Part shown: positions 12,401-27,029 of the stretch, piece by piece | How the letters are laid out: every line of letters starts with the position of its first letter | Position numbering within the stretch: position 1 is the first letter of the stretch | Assembly (NCBI GenBank): GCA_000934665.2 | Contig: KZ537971.1 | Location: 1-64,000, forward strand | Source: Catajapyx aquilonaris | Taxonomy: Eukaryota | Direction of reading: 5' to 3' | Length of the DNA stretch: 64,000 nt | Notes under the pieces: generated by a model | Databases searched by the model: none | What the model was told of the DNA's origin: nothing | The model's input: only the letters and a program-made list of their open reading frames with translations | Position numbers and translations under genes: made by a program

Positions 12401-14919
12401 CTACTTGCCCGACTAATGTGGCTATCATGGTGGCTATTTGTTGGCAAGTAGGCGTTTGATTTTTAGCAGTTACTTTCGCATAGTTACGTTCAAGGGTTGT
12501 CAAAAATATTAGCTGCTAATATGATGCAGAACTGAATAATCCATTCAAGCTCTAAACTGCAAAGCATTTCCTATAGGGAATGGCCCATTGGAACAAGCCT
12601 ATAAACTTTAAAGTTAAGCTTATAGGAGCCTTGAAGCCGGAATTAAATTGAATTGAATAAGCTATAAACTTAAGTTTTAAACTTATTTAACTACTACGGT
12701 ACTGTAAAAATTCTCCCCGATATGATGAAAACCACACGTCATCTCGTAACTTATTAGGTTGTACAGCAGTATGGCTTCGGGTAATAATAAGGAATAGTGT
12801 GAGTTCTCCGTCGGTAATGGGGATAAGGGTAAAAGGGTTTGTATTTTGCGTGGACCAATAATTCTGACATGTTTTATTCTCAATTCTCGAAAGTCGGATG
12901 ATTCGGCTTTGGCTGGAGGCTTGACTGCCAAAGTTGATGCTTTGACTGAAACTGAAGGGAAGTTGAAGGATAAACTTGAAGACCTGGAGGATCAGTTGGA
13001 GCTGAAACTGAACAGGGGAGATCTAGACAAAATCAGTGAGTATATAATATTACGGTATTTCCCCCTTCAGAGTGTACTAAACAGTGTCAAGACACGTCAC
13101 TAATAACGCTTTGATTTCTGCAGGGGCAATGCCTCAAGACTTCTTCCGCCAATTTGAGCGCTTTAATACCGCCCTCAAAGAGATTGACACTATGAAAACA
13201 AAGGTGATAATAACACAAATGTATACTCATACACCCGTCACTAATCCGGATATTCTTTGCTCTCAGCTGACTAAAGTAGCCAGAGCTGTGGAAGACCTGC
13301 ATGCAAGAATCCTATCCAATGCTGAAGGCATGCAATCCATACCTCCTGTTGGACGCTCTTTCCATGGAAACGACTCTGCACCAGGTATAGACCCAACTAT
13401 AGCAATTTGACCCATCCACTGTATTTTCATGTGCGACATGAACCGGCATTATTATTTACAATACCTGCAGATATCAACATACTAACTGAATCTGGCACAT
13501 CGTCTATCGGGATACCACCGCAATCTTCAGAGGACTACAAGAAGGTGGCGGAGATCGAGGAACGCATGCGTACTCAGGCCAACCAGGTGCGTAACCTGAG
13601 CAACGTCCTGAACGCCCAGCTGGACCTCTTCAAGAAGAGGGTCAACGACCTGGAAGGAGGGTTCCAGGCAGTGGTGGAGAGGATGCACGACATACAGGAG
13701 AAGCAGGAGAACTACTCGCTGGAAAACATGCAGGAGAAGATTGTAAACATCGAGGGAGACGTGGAGAAGCTGAACGACACTGCCCTGCGTATACTGGAAG
13801 ACCACGACGTCAAGGAACAGAACATACGAGTAAGTCCCCAACCATACCGCATAGAATACTACATACCTTATAAAACGCGATTCTAAACTTACAGGATATG
13901 CAAGGACTACTACAAGATCTGCAGTTCTCGATGGCAGACAAGGACGACATGATGCAACAGATGCAGGAGAAGATGGACCACAGTGCGACCTGTGGACGAG
14001 TGACGTACGACGACTTCGACGACGCCTGCGAGGAACTGAGCAGGCACATCCGGCAGGTGGTGGATGACATGTCTATGCAGGAGGAGACCTGGAACAGGAT
14101 GGTGACCAAGATTAGCACCGAGGTGACCACCAAGCTGGACCGCAACGAGCTGGATCCTGTCAAGAGGTTCGTAGAAGGAAAGATGCGCACCCTGGCAGCT
14201 CGAATCAAGGCCCTGGCTGTCAAGCACGAAGATCCGGAAGCGCTCATCAGCCGCAAGATGCTCCTTAGAAACCTCAACTGCCTCAGCTGCGACCAGAAAG
14301 CAGTGGCACTCCAGAACGCCAGACCACTCGCACCCATGATGGACCAAGCCTTCGTCACCACCACCATGGGACCCTACGTATCCTACGACATGGAGATGGT
14401 TCGACATGCAGGAGGGTAAGGAGATATATGGCTTATCAAGCCGTATCAGCGGTGCACTTGACTACTGTTCTTTTTGACTTCAGATTCGGTGGCAAAAATA
14501 TGTTCCACGTGCACGACGCCATACATGGACCAAAGACGCCTACCAAGCAACCGCAGACGCCAGTTAAGTCCAAAGCTGGAGGACCGGCTTCAGCGGCCGG
14601 TATGGAGGGTCAAGCAAAACAGGCCAACAGGTACTGCGGAGGGCCCCATACCTTGCTAGATCCGATTACAAGGGTCCACAGGCTGAATCGTCCTCAGTAC
14701 ATGGTGGTGCAGGAAGAAGCGGATGTCAAAGAAGCGGACGTCAGAGGACTCGATGGAAAGATCTACAAAGGAAGGTTGGGTGACGGGAAATCATCAAAGA
14801 GCTCCACATCAAAGGCCTCTTCTTCGCCACGAGGTGGATCTGACACTGGTACTCCAAAAAAGAAATCAGACAGCACGATACATGCTGCAACCAGCAGTAG
14901 CGGGAAAAGATCAGCATGA
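6465..14919 (+). CDS. QRICH2/C16orf96-like (DUF4795-type) coiled-coil protein, 13 exons, ~1239 aa
   Basis: Phase-consistent exons: 6465-6563, 6627-6731, 7998-8042, 8104-9333, 11275-11472, 11548-11727 (GC donor), 12143-12349, 12894-13035, 13124-13203, 13267-13384, 13471-13829, 13895-14415, 14484-14919. N-terminal '[21 protein letters not shown]' and C-terminal 'LNCLSCD', 'RYCGGPHT', '[10 protein letters not shown]' match my recollection of this family. AATAAA at 14999. Confidence 0.8.
7053..7827. mobile_element. Degenerate inverted-repeat element in intron 2 of the QRICH2-like gene
   Basis: 7053-7134 (ggccctcc..atggagatgcc..gcagca..taaaca..caacaatag) is a diverged reverse complement of 7749-7827; outer ends uncertain. 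Confidence 0.5.
8236..9145 (+). repeat. Coding tandem repeats: (GPP/GQP)n, (ELGEEA)x4, QQWQEG and [10 protein letters not shown] units
   Basis: 9-bp cctggacaa array at ~8353-8427, 18-bp gaactgggagaagaagca array at ~8686-8757, and ~30-bp tggcaaggacctccccagca(a/g)cagcagcaa array at ~8944-9143. Confidence 0.9.
10382..11213. mobile_element. hAT-like MITE
   Basis: Termini cagtgttggg...cccaacactg, exact 8-bp TSD cctatggc (10374-10381 and 11214-11221), and dense subterminal GATCT/GATCTAGATC motifs at both ends. Confidence 0.9.
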
Positions 14920-16263
14920 CAAACCGAATGAGAATCAATGTGGTGACCTTAAGTGTACGTTTCTAACTAAATTGTCGTCTGTCAAAAACGTCAAAATTAA
15001 TAAATATTGTGATAATGCGTTTCGTTCCATACGTCGTTTTTTTAGCATTTGCCTGAAATTATTTAATGGGAAAAAAGCTGCCCTTTCAGTTTCGTCTTAT
15101 CTGCACGAAAGTTTGCATATTTGCGACTGTAATTTGGCACGAGCTTGATGCTCCATATGCTCAGCGACTTTTCCTGCTTTCTTGCAATATAACGCAAGGT
15201 CGATTCATGCCGTTTACAGGCCGGTGAAATATTCGTGGTCCACGCACATGAAGCGGATGTGTGTCAGTTGTGATAAGAGCCATATTATCCCTTTATCATC
15301 CATTCAGTATAGCAGGTTGTCTATGCAAAATGCGCACTGGATACACCTTAACCTCTTTGAGCCACGTAATAAGACCAGGTAACATAGTATAAACATCATT
15401 TATTTCACTCGAAGTTACAAATGCAGCCTCAAATAAACACAATGTGGAACACAAACAACATAAATATCAAATCTTGATTTGTGAGGCTTCTAACATTACG
15501 AAGCGACTGAACATTTCTTACGATATATATCGTTTTGGCGCTCATGTAACGGCAGTAACGCCAAGCACCTTTTTCTGACTGGGAATCATTTTGTGAATTA
15601 ACACTGGAGTCTTAGTCTTCTGGCTGGACTCGCACAAAACATATTCGCACACACTGCATGCACACGTCATTAGCCTATACTGGCGCATATTCTCACGAGA
15701 TTATTGCTAAAAATCTATCTAGATGTAGTAGAAGTCAAAAGTTGCAGTTGGAAGCCCAACAGGAGCAGGCAGGACGGTCCTGACTTCATTCCTTCAAACT
15801 GAAAATTGAATGAAAAAATTAGCTATCAATCAAAAGTGAATTCAATAAGACAGTCCAAGTGAAAGGTGAATGGTAGAATGAGTCATCAATCATAATCAAG
15901 TGATCGCTTCACATAAATCCACACCAAAATCCTAAATAAGCTTCTCCTTGCATAAGTGTTTTTCCCCCTCATGTGTAAATGTATAGAATCAAGGCCGTCT
16001 GTACCCGACCTGTCCGTCAGGTTCAACCCAGTTCTTTCTTGACATGCGAGATAATTAGATATCCAGTTTTGATAGCTCCTGATACTTCAATACATGAATC
16101 TTTATTTGCCCAGATGCTTCACGTCATTTCGTAATTTTTTTTAATCGTCAAAAAAGTACTGTCGATGGTTGTAATACATTTGGAGTGACAGCCCTTGACG
16201 TCAATCCACAGTGCACAAAAAGGGCAGTTGGATAACAAGTGGTAATTTTTGGAGCGCACTTAC

Positions 16264-16410
16264 CGTTAAGGGGAGAAGAGCTCTTGCTCGTCACCTGATG
16301 AATGTTGTTGCGGTTTTTCTGCGATGGAGGAGTTACCATCAAGTTGGGTGACATCCTGTTCCCCCGGTTGAAGTTCGGATGAGGAAGGGTCAGTCGACCC
16401 AGGGACTTTT
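16264..16410 (-). CDS. Probable downstream coding exon of Kir paralogue A (C-terminal tail)
   Basis: Acceptor tctacag and donor GTAAG; phase 1 matches the GTGAGT donor at 18732 and the frame stays open (E-KSLGRLTLPHPNF...SSSPLN). The terminal exon is not securely identified; minus-strand AATAAA at 15404-15399. Confidence 0.55.
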
Positions 16411-18574
16411 CTGTAGAAAGAGACAGTACGTCAGCACATGTCACAACAGAAGCTTGCAAAACTGGTTACAATGTCCTTCTAAGCTTGCGTTAATCCGTTT
16501 ACAATATCACGACGTCACAATATTCAACCTCAAAGGAACCTGGCCATTGACGTGAGGCGGGTTTATGAATCAAGACGTGAGTGTATCAGGGTAAATGAGG
16601 GGATGGGTCTTTGCAGGGACGAAAGGACAATGGATGTCAACCTGGAGCAGTTTCGTTGTCACGACCACCATGCCCTCCTTCCTGCGATTAAAAATAAAGG
16701 GACAATGGCAACACGCTTCCACATGAACGAACCTTGCCATGAATTGATCAGGGGATGAACTCGCGATATTTGGGTATGCTTCAGGTATGGATACAACCCA
16801 CACGTATTGCATGTGACCATATGATGCGAAGAACCTGGCACAGCAGACCGTAACGGATTCAGTCGTTGACCCTGACACTATTTTTTTCTACTTTTTTTTC
16901 TCTCCCTTGTAGTCTCGCGTGCCTAACGAGTGGGCAACCCTCAAGGGCAGTTCAAACAGTGAGTTCTTGTCTTTCCGTCTGTGTGAGGAAATGGGGGATG
17001 AGATATGGCCGGCCTTGTGAGAGGTCAAATGGCGAATTTGGATGCGACGCACCACACTACCACGTGACGTTGTCTCATTTCAAACACTATGAACCTTAAT
17101 GTTCCTTCGGATGATGCACAGTGTGAACAATTACCGTTTTGCGGCCAAACTTTTTCCTCCAGCTTGGTTAAGTGGGTTGAATCCGTAATGAAATTTACAT
17201 TCAAGTTAGCCGAAAGTATTTTGAAATTCGTCTATATCAGCATTATTTGTCCATTAGGCCTACTGTTAGGTGGAGCGATCACATTATGATGGGGGAAATC
17301 TGGTAGACATGTCCGATGCACTTTAGAAGGTCAGGGGAGAATGGATTTATATTGTGGAATGAGCACTTTAGGCCTGAAATGTATCATTTTGGATTGCTGA
17401 TTATTATACAGCATTTTAAAGCGTGGTGGTGGTTTTAGTTGGCTGGCTTTGGCCACAAGGCTACTGGTCGAACATTGTTGGAAGTGAAAGAGTTTCTGCT
17501 CTCATCTCAGCCACGTGGAACAACCTTTATCGGTTTCCTTATTACCGTTTGCTTTATTCATTTATATCACACCCAACAGGTAGGCAAATACAAATGTTTA
17601 GTCAAAGATAAATGCGAGTGTACTGCATCTGACATTTTATCATTAGGCCACGATTCATGTTGAACATCGAGGTCATCCTTATGTGCATAGAATTCTTAAT
17701 TGAAACTTGAAAAGGTCCTCGACCCTGACCAGCATTAAAGGCTCCAAAATAGAAAGGATTAAGCTGATAATAATAATGGCAACAAATATTAGGACACTGA
17801 TTTGGTGCTTGGATTATGTTGGAATATAGCGCAAGCACGTGTCATCAGGAATCTTATAATCTTGGGTGTCATATATACCGGTAATAATTTACTAAGCAGT
17901 GATTTGTAACTTGAACTTTAATTGGTCAGATGCGAATCAAATTGTGCAAGTATGATTTTAAACATTATTCATAACATAAACAACGGTGTCCTAATGTCGA
18001 CTACTTAGAAATATTTTATTTACTTCTTCGTGACATCAAACTGTGTGCTTCGCTTAAAATTACTATACTTATCTTAATCTGCTGTCGTTTTCAAATTTGT
18101 TTTTAAATTTTTAAATCACCAGGTGTTCAACTTAACGATCGATATGACTTAATAGCCGCCGAGTTGTGCATAGCAACTCATAAAAGCGCCAAGTGTTTCT
18201 CTACCAGCACGTGCAACAGCCTTACCCAAACATGAAGAGGTGCTCTACCTCCGTGGCAAGGCCAGATGGAGAAATAGACATGCGTATGACACAACAGGAG
18301 TGAAGCAGGACACTGGACCTTGGACACAATCATTAGGGCCAGGTTTCCTCCCACAAGCTGAGCTCTTCACGTGTTATTCATTATCCGATTTGGATTCACT
18401 ACTGCGTCCCTGCCTGTTATGCAGATGTGGTCCTCAACTTGCATAAGTGGCACGGCACACTTGTTTGCCAACGCTTACTAACTGCTGTACCAAACCACAA
18501 TCTTTCGGAGTCGTGCCAAGATATTTCTCATCGGCTCCGCCAATCACCCAAACCGACAACTATGAATCGAACTA

Positions 18575-20322
18575 TTAAACTGACAGCAGAGTATGCCTCC
18601 AGATTGATCGCTCGTGATCATGTATAAAAGACAGCTGAAGGAGCTGCATTAGCTCATAATCCGGATAAGGCTGTGCCTGACTCGAGATATGTGTCAGGAG
18701 CTGTTGGTGCCGTGTACGGCGTAGGTACTCACCCCTCTTGGAGTCGTCCCGATGCATCTTCTCGTGCAGGGAGCGAAGTTCCTCTAGGTCTTTGGAGCTG
18801 CAGAGTGGTGTGTCCACCTCGTAGGTGTTGTTGAAGACGGAGTAGTCCACGGCGTATCCGCCCATCTCTTTCCTGAAGCTGACCATGGGCTCGAAGCGAT
18901 GGCCCCACAGGATTTCGTTGGGCAGGTACGAGGAACGGGCCTGCGCGGTCATGCCTGTTGACTCGATGACACCCTCCAGGATGACCACTATCTCGAACTT
19001 CTCTCGGAGAAGGTCGGAGGCTGACATGTGGTACAAAGGACTCTCTTTGTCGATCCTATGCACCACGATCATCGGCCAGATGAAGAAGATGTCGCTCTGG
19101 TCGCTGTCAGCACCAACCTTCAGCTCGTGTTGGTAGTACGGTAGGAGTTCTCCTTCGTCGCTCGATCGCCTGCAGATGGAACAGAGGTCAATACCATGAT
19201 ACTCCAATCCCTATAGGTCGGTGACCTCGTAGCATACTACCTACCTCCTAATAAGCTGCGCCCTAACGTGGGCACTAATGATATGAGACTTCCTCATGTC
19301 TCCTACACGGAACATGAGGCACAGCTGCCCATCCCTCATGCAAATAACTGAGTTGCGGCTGTACATGAGAGTCTGCGTCCTCTTTTTTGGCCTGGAGATT
19401 TTGGCAAAGACGATGCCCACCATCAGGGCCTGGATCATGACTCCCATGATGCTCTGCATGCACATGATGAAGATGGCTTCGGGACACTCCTCCGTGGTGT
19501 GCCTGGACCCGTACCCGATGGTGTGCTGCGTTTCGATGCTGAACAGGAAGCATGAAGCGAAGGAGTAGATTTCCATCACACACGGACTCCACTGGCTGGC
19601 CTCCTGTAATTGATAAGTAAACAACACCAGTTGTTACATACATATGCTCTGTTATTATTGCCAGTTGCAGGAATGTAGGCCGCTACATATGCAGCTTAGG
19701 ACCTACCTGATTAGGAGGCAAATGATTTGGATCAAGGTCTCCATGACTAAAAGCTATGATCCACCAGATAATGGCGAAACCCAACCAACTGAGCATGAAA
19801 CTCAGGAGAAACACCAGAAGGGTCCATCGCCACTTGATATCGACAAGGGTCGTGAAGATATCTGCCAAGTAACGTCTCCGCCTCTTTGAGATGTTTGTTT
19901 GGTAAACGTTGCAATCTCCGTTCTTGAAGATGACTCGCCGACGGAGTTTTCTGCTACAGCGACTTCCATGCCGGTGCCTGCACACAAATATTTGTCAGCT
20001 TTTGTCAAATTTGTGGTATACACTTTTCTTTATTAACAGTTCATAATCAGCTTGTATCAAGCACTGATTTAGATTACATCATGTCAACATCTATCGAATC
20101 ATGTCTGCCACAATATCTTGGTGCCACCACAACAAATAGTGACCCTTCGATAAGGTTTACTTCCGTAAAGACACATACGTATTGATGTGACAAACATCTT
20201 ATCATTACACACACCAAGCATACCTGGCTCTCCAAAGGCTAGTAACAACATTCACATACTTAATTGGAAACCAAAATATCAACAAAACGGTGAGGTTAGC
20301 CTCTTCTTTTGGCCTTACTTGT

Positions 20323-20396
<74 letters not shown>

Positions 20397-21904
20397 TTGT
20401 TAAGCAAAATGCAACAAAATCGGTACAAAGCAGCACCCCGTTTCAAATCCATTTTGTGTAGGCGTAATCTACATCAATTCATCATCCACAAGGAAATTAC
20501 TAAAAATATACTTCCACTACATCGCATATCACGTTGGATACGAGGAAAATATAGTTTGCTTCAATCACATTTTCTTTTTAAAACCGCATCGATACGAAGG
20601 AATGTTTCCTTCATTATGCAAACTATATACGGTATTTTAATGTTGCAGCAGGTAGACCCATTGCACGTCACAATATGGGATATTACTTGCGGCATGATAA
20701 GCACAGTTTACAATGGCTAATATCAGATTGCGGAAATGGTGTAATTATTAACCTACCCTGTTACGACGGGTTATATGCATGTGCTGAAAGCCGAGGGTTA
20801 CAAAAGCTGTCAAGAGCCTTGTCAGTTGTCACTGTTGCGAATTAGCCATTATGTTAATACTTTCTTGCTATTTCAGTGCTGCACATAAACCAGGAGCGAT
20901 GCTGGTGGCATGTGGCAATGTATTAATGTTCATTCTAAATGATACGATCAATTAGTTTCGTAAGGACTTATTTGAGAAGCTAATTTATGAGAAGTCATCT
21001 CGTGCGTGAGTTTATAAAATTGTACATCCCAACTCTTTTCCACGAAAGAATTCCCTAAATAATAATTTTTCCACAGAACTTGCAATCATTTTTTCTATTC
21101 AGAGGCTATCTCAGGCCACAGCCAACATGTGATGAGTGCTGCGCACATGAATTTTTTTTTCCTTAAGGACTAACTTTTTCCAATCCGGACTAGCTCGTAA
21201 ACATACGCGTACGATGATTCGTCATTACTTGTGGGCGTACGAGTACCGATGATTATGATGGGATAAGGTCATCCAATTGGATAAGATTGAAAGATGGTCT
21301 TCTCAAGAGGCTAGTAATGTTTCCGGCCACTCGTGTCATCGACATTATTTTATTCCACATAATTTCTTGACCTCATATGGCCATGTTGGAAGTCTTGTAT
21401 GTATGCGCATCTCTTCACAAACATTCTTTCGCAACATTTTCTCGGAAGTAATGAGGAAGAACCTCGATTCTTACCCTAATTACAAGTTTATGGCAGTCAG
21501 GCAACAACAAAAAAATGTGAAAAAATTGCACAAAAAACTCACCTCGTAGCAGGATGCTTCTCTCCCACAAAAATACTATCTTCGTTCTTGCCATTGGGCA
21601 TGCCAAGATTGGGAATGGCAATGTGTTTGAGGAGCCTGGACTGGGTCCCACCCCCACTCAACCCCCCACCTGTCCCTCCTCCACCTGTCCCACCGGCTGA
21701 CCCGGGTCTCCCCGTGACCCCTGCCTCCCCCACTACCCCAGCACTGCCCCCGAGGATAGTGACTGCTATCTCCTTCGGCCTGTGGTGCTGGTGTGTCCCG
21801 GTACCCAGAAGACGCCCAATTTCTCCCGGGTCACTCCTAACAGTGTCCTGCACTGAATAGTCCAGCCAGTCTTTGTTATTGGGATCCACGTCCGTCACCT
21901 TCAT
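18575..21904 (-). CDS. Inward-rectifier potassium channel, paralogue A (Kir, arthropod Irk-like)
   Basis: Exons 21904-21543, 19977-19707, 19603-19245, 19169-18733 (donor) or read-through to the stop at 18575. Motifs: 'KNGDCNV', 'DIFTTLVDIKWRW', pore 'FLFSIETQHTIGYG', 'KISRPKKR', 'EIVVILEGVIE', 'SYLPNEILWGHRF'. The start codon is inferred. Confidence 0.93.
20325..20396. repeat. (AAT)24 microsatellite
   Basis: Perfect AAT run in Kir-A intron 1. Confidence 0.95.
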
Positions 21905-24900
21905 AGCTGACGACGACACAGACGACGACAGTGAAGATGACGAGCAGGATGAGATTCCGCTTCCGTCACTCGGTTTCAGTATCACAGCCAGAGTGAACAA
22001 CTATGACGACGACCCCCGGACTGAATTCAACCCATGGCTCACTAGTGACGAGCACTTAAGCGGGTGTCACTGTTCGAAGCACTGTTTCAGCACTTCTGGC
22101 GTCCATCCAACAGCCAGAGGCGGACGGATTGGTGGTGATGGCCACCGCTGAGCTGCTTATATTGATGAGACGGACTGGATGCGGCCAGATTGGCAACCCG
22201 CTAGTTTCCGACCACTAAACAGGAAGGAAAGCAATTACTCATTAGCACTCCCATAGCATTTTTCTGTCTACCTGGCACTCGAGGACAGGGTTGTCAGAAA
22301 TATTACGAGAAGACAGGTACGATGTGGTACCCAAGTTCATTCGACTGACTTCTAAAGTTCCTATACGAGACTGTACGGGAACCTCAACATTCCAATTAAG
22401 CTTATCAGAACTAATTACGAGCCCTTGACGTCAGGGGTGGTTGTGATAAACAACAATGCCGATTGTACTACACCATCATCGGCCTTTGGGACAGGCTGGG
22501 CTTGGAAAAAGTCTTTGCATTATACATTTTACACTCTGTGCATGCATGTATGCTGATGCCTCGATATGGAGCCAAGTTATGAGTGATAAAATCTTCCAAG
22601 GGTCGACCTTTTGACCTGCAACATGAGGCGGCCTTTTCTTGCATCAGGGGGTTAATGCAGCCGGTTTTTTCATATACTGACAGTGAGAGAAGCGTGAAAA
22701 ATAATGGCACAAAAAATTATTCAATTTACAAAAGTTATTTGATGAAGCAATTGGTGACTAATTTTTCCGATAAGATAATGTTGCAATGAATTCGCAGTAT
22801 CTCGACAATGCTGGTCAGTGATCCGTCGGTACAGTACGGTAACTGCTGATCGTGCGAAACATGCAAATTATTTCTATCAGAAAATGACGTGCTTGTTTAC
22901 ACACAAAAAAGTACAAAGGAATTCATTGCTTTTAACACCAAACCACCTTATCAATACACTTGCACAACGACCCGCAATTTTCAACATACGTCAATGTCAT
23001 TTGAAAGTTGCTAAACCATACCGCGGGAGAAAAACGGCCATCGTTAGCATTTGTTTGCGGAAAATGCGGCGTGTAAAACAAATGCTCACGTTGCATTTCT
23101 AGGCACAAGTGAGAGAACACTGTTACTACCAAAAAAAAAAACTAAGGGAGGTGAACAAGCCTGGCTTACTTTCACCTGCACTATTTAGAACCCACTCCTT
23201 AAAACCCAAACTCACCTAGGATCCTTGTCCTGTTGAATCAGACACACCAATAAAGCAGGTAATGTGTATATAAAAAAGTAATGAAAGATCAGCTGAAGTG
23301 AGAAGAAAAAAAAGTGAGAGAAAAAAAAGATGGAGGTCGGTGGAAGTTGCCAGCTAGGCCTCCATGGACTCACTGCCTGTCTTTGCTGGCGAGCTGACCA
23401 TTTCGTGTTGCTGCCTTGCCTATCTTACGTCACTGATAAGGCCTAGTGGATGCGGGTGGGGGGTCGAGGGGCGGGGAGGCCTAGTTGGAGAAGTTGCCTG
23501 CCCTCCAGGAGAAAAGGCTCTTATGCTACATATGCCGGATAGCACAAAGAAATTGAAAAAAAAAGGTGTCTTACGTCGGTTATTTAATTTTTTTAAAACG
23601 AAACGGATGGCCTTATTTAGTAGATGTCATAATTCTTACACAACTGCAGTCCAGGATGTCAAAGTTCAATATGACATCACTATTATGGCAGCAAAGGTCA
23701 TTTCGACATTTTTTTTTCCAAATCGGGGGTATACCTAAAAAACAGCGTCTTGGTCTCTTCCTGGGACGCCTGATCAACAACCTTAATCAGCCTTGCAATA
23801 GACCAATTAGACGTCATGTATTTCCAAGAGTGGGGGTCTCTTCCACCAATCACGTCTCAAGGCTGGAGCCAGTGTTGCCATGACAGATTAAACTGATTTA
23901 TACTTATATCGTCGTCATTACGTCTTTCTTAAGCATGATATATTGCTCGGGATCACATACTTCACAAAATTTATTGCATTCGCTCATTTTTTCCAGTTAA
24001 TGACAGTTATCAAACTTACGTGATGCGGTGGAAAAACCGGGTTGATCCGGAACACGAATTAAATCCGACCGGGGTTCCATTAGGCATTTTAAAAGGATGG
24101 AACTCATTGTGGGGCTGGGCCGGCTTCGTCCTCCACAGAAACAATAGGTCTGAATCCTCCTCCTCTAGAATGTATGTCTCCAATATTCATACCGATGCAC
24201 TCTCTCGAACGACGACCCCTGAAAGACCGCTGTGGATTATCACCGCCTACTTTTTTTTTCTCTCTCTCTCCTCCTCACTTCCTATTTGGGGGCTTATCCA
24301 GCCAACTGCATCACATATTCATGTGTTTCATCATGACGTCACGGTGGTCTCTGGTTCTCACCGGTGAACTGTTCTGGTTTGAAAAGGGCCAAGTCTATCA
24401 TAGTGTAAACAACGTGTCGTACATTACATTCTAATGAGTTGCAAATTTACCTGATTTTAATTCGCCTCTCGAAAACAACCAACGAAACTTGTCACACACC
24501 CAGCATGTTGCATAATGTAAAAAAGAAAAATGAAGAAGAAAAAAAAAAATTGGGTCATGTAATTGACACTTCCACATGTCGTTTGAGGCATCGGGATGAA
24601 TGCAACACGGCGATTACGTCACGGATATGTCAGCCCTTGAAACTAGGCAAACGACGCCGAAGGATGTCCAAGTTAGACACCAATTGATGACCTTCCTGTT
24701 CTCACGGCCAAGGACACTAATGTAAAGCTAGGATTCAACTACTGACCCGCCCCATGTGATACTGGATGCAGATATGGGCAGGGGCAGCCTTTGTCGGGAA
24801 TCATTTTTATGGCCACAGACTAAACGGCTGGACACTGGTGACTTCCTTTTTATGGAGAAATATGATGAGTGCGCAACACCGCGTTTGATATGCAGCGGAA

Positions 24901-27029
24901 CCGTAGAAATGGAGCAGTCAGCAACCGGTCGGTATGCAGATGAGCAGGGGCTGACCACCTGCGAGTCGACAAAATCATTCGCAATGGGGTCTGGAGATCC
25001 ATAATCATTTGTGCTCATGCTAAGGCAGGTAGGTGTGTGGACACCTGCAGGTGCACGATTTTACGCCTGCCATGACGCATGACGAAGGGAAACCCGCCCT
25101 ATATTTGCAGGGTTATTGTATGCTTATATTACACACAACAATTTTATGACGCAGCATAACCGTCAATACATATGCACCACTCTAATCAATCAATCAATCA
25201 TAAAAATATTGGCAATACTTTAAAACAAAGGTGCGTTTTGCACATGACATATGATTACATCATGGAGCATTTGTATCTGGCAAAATGTAAAACTGAGTTA
25301 TGTAAAGAGCAAGGATGCAAACTAATCTATAGGTACGGTATGGTAATGTTAACACGTTGTTTACGGAATGAGGCAGGGCTTATCTGGTAAGTAGCATCGC
25401 AGGTTCACGGGGCTATAGCCTTCTACCTATTTTGGGCGCCAATATTTGCATGTGAATCTATGGAGTTTGAACCCTACTACTACGCAATATATTTAGATTT
25501 TGCCTTTTTTTCACGCTTAGCTAGATATTTCCATGACCTAATGACGTCACTGAATCATTGGTAGTGACCGCCTGCTCTTTTTTTTCTTTCTTTCTCTCTG
25601 GCTTCCTAGCTGGTACGAAAGGATATTAATCTATTTAGAGTGTCGGACAGCACCGATTAGATACAGGGTTATCTATCAGTCAATAGCATTGTAGATGAAT
25701 CGTGCATATCCTCTACTTTTATTACAGGTTTATTGCTGCACATCCTTAGCATCGAAGGCCACTCCAGGTCTAGATATAAATCCAAATGAGGCATAAAATT
25801 TTATTTTATTGCCAAACCACCACCGCACACATCATCAGGTACTTCAGACTGACTTACACTGCAATTGCTTCTCACCTCACGTACATTCTTATTCAGCACC
25901 TTAGTTATTAGAGCGCCAAGTACGTAGTACAGGCACATCTATTTATGTTGGGGCCAGGAAAGGTGGTCAAAACATCCAGCCTAAGTAGACTCTTACAATA
26001 TACAACACACCTCCAACTGTGGCCTATAGAGGAGTTGTACGATGATTATTATTACTCGTATTAATAATACTATACGTTTTAAAAATACTTGCACAATGGT
26101 TTGCAACACATGTACAAAGTGATGAAAGCATTATTTGTAAGGTAAATTTGTCTGTTAGGATTAGAACACTGTTAACAAATCTATATTGGGGGGATTGTAG
26201 TAAAAAGGTAATTTGGGTACATTTGGATTTTTATGTGCGTGCGTGCGTGTGTACGTGCGTGAGCGATGAGATGACAACAGGCTTACATTTTATTGCGGAT
26301 TAGTACTGTGCCGTACGTCATTAAGCAAGGGCACTTGTAAATCCATTTATTATTCCTTGGGCACCTTGCTGACGGATTGTACAACTTTTGATTGCGTTAA
26401 ATTCTGATATTATATATACAGTATATATCATTCGCCTCACTCTCACAATGGTCCAGAAACACGTCCCATTGCAAACTAGCAACAGGGATTGTCTCACATA
26501 CCACAGCCTCTTCTAACCCACAAAATCCATGCTCGTTGGCTCCACACAAGCAGTGGAGTCAGGCAAGTTCAACAGTGTCGTTGCTCCTTTCTTCACGTCT
26601 CCAAAAAATCACTTGCACTTGTCATGCTCCTCAGTCGCTTCACTCTTTTGATCCTGAGCCCAAGCATGCTTCACGTGCATCTCACATGCTTACCTGCAAA
26701 TATATTGCTATCGTTAGGATACACCTCGGTATTCTTACAGGCTAGTATGCATTATGAACGAGAGCAGCAGGTGCATACATCAAATATTTCAAATAGCTAT
26801 TGAAGCTGCTGGTTAGTCGTAAAATGTTGGCTACTTCACAGAGCAACAATATTATTGTCTCATTTAAATGTGATGTCATTCCAATGTGGTAGACAGCGGC
26901 ATTTTTATGTGCTATTGTTATGAGGCTAGCGGCTGAGGTATAAGTCACCAGAGAATGAGAGAGGTAGAGGATCCCATTCCGTTGGGTGTTGAAATATGGG
27001 GAGGGTTGCATCATGCCATTGCACCTAGG

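Noticed and set aside
13527..14407. Antisense ORFs over the QRICH2-like exons (and similar ones over the Kir cores)
   Set aside because: Expected by-product of GC-rich codon usage on the sense strand; no independent motifs.
20187..20720. 177-aa ORF with poly-Asn
   Set aside because: Produced by the (AAT)n microsatellite in a Kir intron.
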